A DNA stretch of 64,000 bases from Ptychomitrium polyphyllum (Eukaryota), in contig OZ316775.1 in assembly GCA_973851085.1 (NCBI GenBank), forward strand, positions 5,146,001-5,210,000, read 5' to 3'. A program made the translations under genes and the position numbers. Under the pieces are notes generated by a model. That model saw only the letters and a program-made list of their open reading frames with translations. It ran no database searches and was not told the origin of the DNA. Positions 60,838-64,000 of this stretch are shown in pieces; position 1 is the first letter of the stretch; each line of letters starts with the position of its first letter.

Positions 60838-63113
60838 ACTTTTGATAATGCAGTATTTGCAACTATAAAAAGAAATGATGGTATATCTTTTTTAAAATTT
60901 GCAATTTTTAAAAATCTTTGCAACTCTTTAAAAAACTAGATAAAGTCCTTACAATCAACTAAAAAATTTCAACAATTAGTATTATTATTTTTTCATTTTG
61001 CAATTATACATATATAATTTTGTTGATCTTCATTTGCTTCTATTTAAGAATTGAAATCATATTTTAAATGAAATTTAATAAAAGAAACTTAAATAATACT
61101 ACATAATTAAGATTATTTTAACAATAAATCAAATTTTTTGGAATAGTTAAAAAATATATACAACTAATAAATGATATTTAAACAATTGGGCTAAAGGCAT
61201 TGACAATAATGCTTTCTATATAAAATGTAATAATTTTTTTATTCACAATAAATAATTTTAAATTGAAATCCTTATACAACAACCTATGCATGTATAAGTG
61301 ATGAATTTTACCAAAACTATGTCATAGTTTGAACGTTGATAATGTTGGATAATTGAGAATGTGAAAAAAATTAATATCCAACAAGGAAAAGTTAAGGCTA
61401 CATCCAATACTATAGCAAATTGAAACTTATGTATAAATTCAAACAACAATTTTTTCTTTTTCCAAACAAACAGGGCCCATTTTTTTTCACATAAAACCTC
61501 TTATACCATCTTTATAATATTATAGAATTTATATTTAAAACAAAATTAACCTAAAAATACTAATATCAAATTAAAAACATTTGCAATCATGTTATGTGAG
61601 AGTTATTCAAAAATATAACGTTTCAATTTTGAAAACCAAATGTGATTAAAGTTTCAATTTAGAAATTTCATACAATAAAAAATGATCAATAATACTAACC
61701 TTGAATTTTGGGAACCACCATCTCAAAAAAAATTCAAAAACCTTCAAAATCATTTTTAAAACTTGAAAAGGTAATGATCTGAAAAGCAAAAATAAAATAA
61801 CAGAAAAATGTGATGATTTTATATTGCATAGATAAAAGCACATGCACATATCTTTTGAATGCTCCTATTGGATCATATTATTGCATCATGGTGAGGACTT
61901 CATTTCAAGAAGTTGAACATCAAGTTTTAAAGTAAGTTAATTCACATTCCAAAAATCTCTTCCATATCTTCCAAATCTTACTTGATTAATTCCTTTCGTT
62001 TCTATTTGATTCTTTTCCTAATTCAAGCAAATCATGCCTCTATCCCTACGAGGCATTATCCATCACAAAATGGAGAACCGGCACACAATTTGTCATAGGT
62101 GTGGGGAGTGGTTCAATATACATGTGCATTGCTGCTATGGGTGCCACCTCCTCTAAGTAGTAGCACAAGAGAGTAGAACAGAGTAAGAGAAGGGCAGGTG
62201 GTGGTGGCAATTATCTGAGCCAGTGCTGTACAAAGGACAACCCAACTTCCAACCTTTTAATATTTTCCAGGCTCCAACATCACTGGAACCATGCAGGCCA
62301 TGCAACCTCAGGAACAATACCGTTCCAAAAACCATTTACGTAGTCTACGGTCACCCGCATGCCCGCCTAAGCTATGGTCATTTGCTGCAACCGACCTCTA
62401 CTGCAGTTATCAGAACATCAATGGGATTCAGTGGAAATGGTCAGCACAAAATCATCATGGATTTTGTTGTGCAGAGCATGCATTTGTGGAGGTATTGAGC
62501 AGATGGGAGCCTATCAGCTGGAGCATTGAGGGAGCTATGGGAAGTGGGCTCGGAGGATAGAGAGGGCTTGCAAGTGAACGATGCATCGCATCCCAGGTCA
62601 CACCCATCGAGTGGTTGGAGCCTCACCTGTGCACCTACACTTTTTATATTTGAGCTCCTAGTTAGTTCATAATTCTTGCAGCACGTCATGGCATGCCCCA
62701 CTGAGATATATCAGCTGGGAAGTGCAAGTCTAGGCTAATGTAACGAGTTGTCGTTGTTGGCTTGCCGTAGCATATGTGAAGCGGGGCATGCAATCATGAT
62801 CCTGTTAGGTAGCACGATTTCTGGTATAAAACTCACCAGAGTTTCCGGATCAGGATCACCATTCTATTTCCAAACCTACAGAAGGGATCTGCGTTAAGGT
62901 CATGAGATTGACATGAGATGCTGATGGTGATGATGCTAATTTGAGTATATTATATCGTCTATCCTGTTGCTGCTCCCCATTGCTGCACATTGAGTTCTGG
63001 CAAGAGGAAGAAATCACTCAGTTTCTGGTAACGAGGTGGAATCTGAGACAATATTGAATTTGACGAGTCGTGAATTAGATCTATTTTGTTTCTCAGCATT
63101 GAGGTGGGTGGCC

Positions 63114-64000
63114 ATGGATTTTCGAAGTGTTTCGACTCTAGTGGTGGTAACATTGTGTTCAGCAATTATGGCACCTTTTATAGGAGAAGCAGAAGCACGA
63201 CTCCAGAAGAGGGTAAACGTCCCAGCATATTTTGTGTTCGGAGATTCGTTTGCGGATGTCGGAACCAACAACTACTTGACCAACGCCGTAGCACGAGCCA
63301 ACTTCCCGCCCTACGGCGAAACGTTCTTCCACAAGCCCACGGGACGCTTCACCAACGGCCGAAACCTCGTGGATATCTTCGGTAAGCTTTGCACCAAAAC
63401 ATAATTCCGCATTGCAATGTCGCCCATAAGTTGTGTGCTTCTGTATAGATCTCAACAACCAATCGAATCGCTTGATTCTTACACATGATCTATTACATTT
63501 GTAGTTCATTACTAAACTTCTGTAGGGTGTTCAAGCTCTAGTGTGCGTCGTTTGATATGTGGGCACTGGACTGAAAGGTAGAGAATCCGACTGGTGGCCA
63601 GGTGGGGCGTATAATGATTTTTTTCAGAGCTATATTGCATGCCTCGTATTCACATCTATATAATCCTGAAATCAAACCTTTAGAACTTGACAGTAATTGT
63701 GTCTTTGTAATGGAGTACAGCTGAGACAGTGGGACTGCCTTGTGCACCGCCATATTTGCAGCCCAATTCTTCCTTCATTGCTGGTGTCAACTTCGCCTCA
63801 GCTGGAAGTGGCCTTCTCAATGAAACCAATTTCGGCGCAGTAAGTGTCAATTTAATCCTCCCTCCCTCCCTCACTCTTTTTTTTGTTTTGATGTCACTAA
63901 TTTTAACTAGTTTCATTTCTGTAAATGACGATATGTGATCTTGTCGTCGTGGCCGAACAGCCAACTGATTTGTACTACTCGGCTGCATGGGTTGTGCCAA
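63114..64000 (+). CDS. GDSL esterase/lipase paralog, 5' part (exons 63114-63381, 63721-63839; continues beyond the window)
   Basis: Signal peptide, NVPAYFVFGDSFADVGTNN, PTGRFTNG, GVNFASAGSG. Same intron positions as the GDSL gene at 36544-38548. Confidence 0.9.

Noticed and set aside
60680..60939. YIYIYI ORFs
   Set aside because: Translations of the (TA)n microsatellite.
62153..62701. Gene-like ORFs upstream of the second GDSL
   Set aside because: Could not assign any family; may be a decayed fragment, but support is insufficient.

Overview
Eukaryotic land-plant nuclear DNA: spliceosomal introns, chromovirus LTR elements and AT-rich degenerate intergenic DNA. The overall style suggests a moss such as Physcomitrium patens (inference, not verified). 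No rRNA, tRNA or CRISPR array was seen. From left to right the window holds: the 5' part of a secreted Ala/Pro/Thr-rich protein gene missed by the ORF track (1-1424, minus); nested Ty3/gypsy debris around a near-complete but mutated chromovirus (6394-12988) with a Tf1-type self-priming signature and heat-shock-element-rich U3; two small membrane or secreted peptide genes; and two intronless-CDS CCS52/FZR1 (APC/C activator) genes in tail-to-tail inverted arrangement. The two CCS52 genes share an apparently near-identical 1.87 kb tract but have diverged promoters. They enclose a 17 kb segment carrying a beta-lactamase-family pseudogene, a B-lectin receptor kinase, a GDSL lipase and an OPA3-like gene. 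Beyond them lie a CpG-poor zone of decayed genes, including a class-3 lipase relic, and the start of a second GDSL lipase. All alignments and counts were done by eye.
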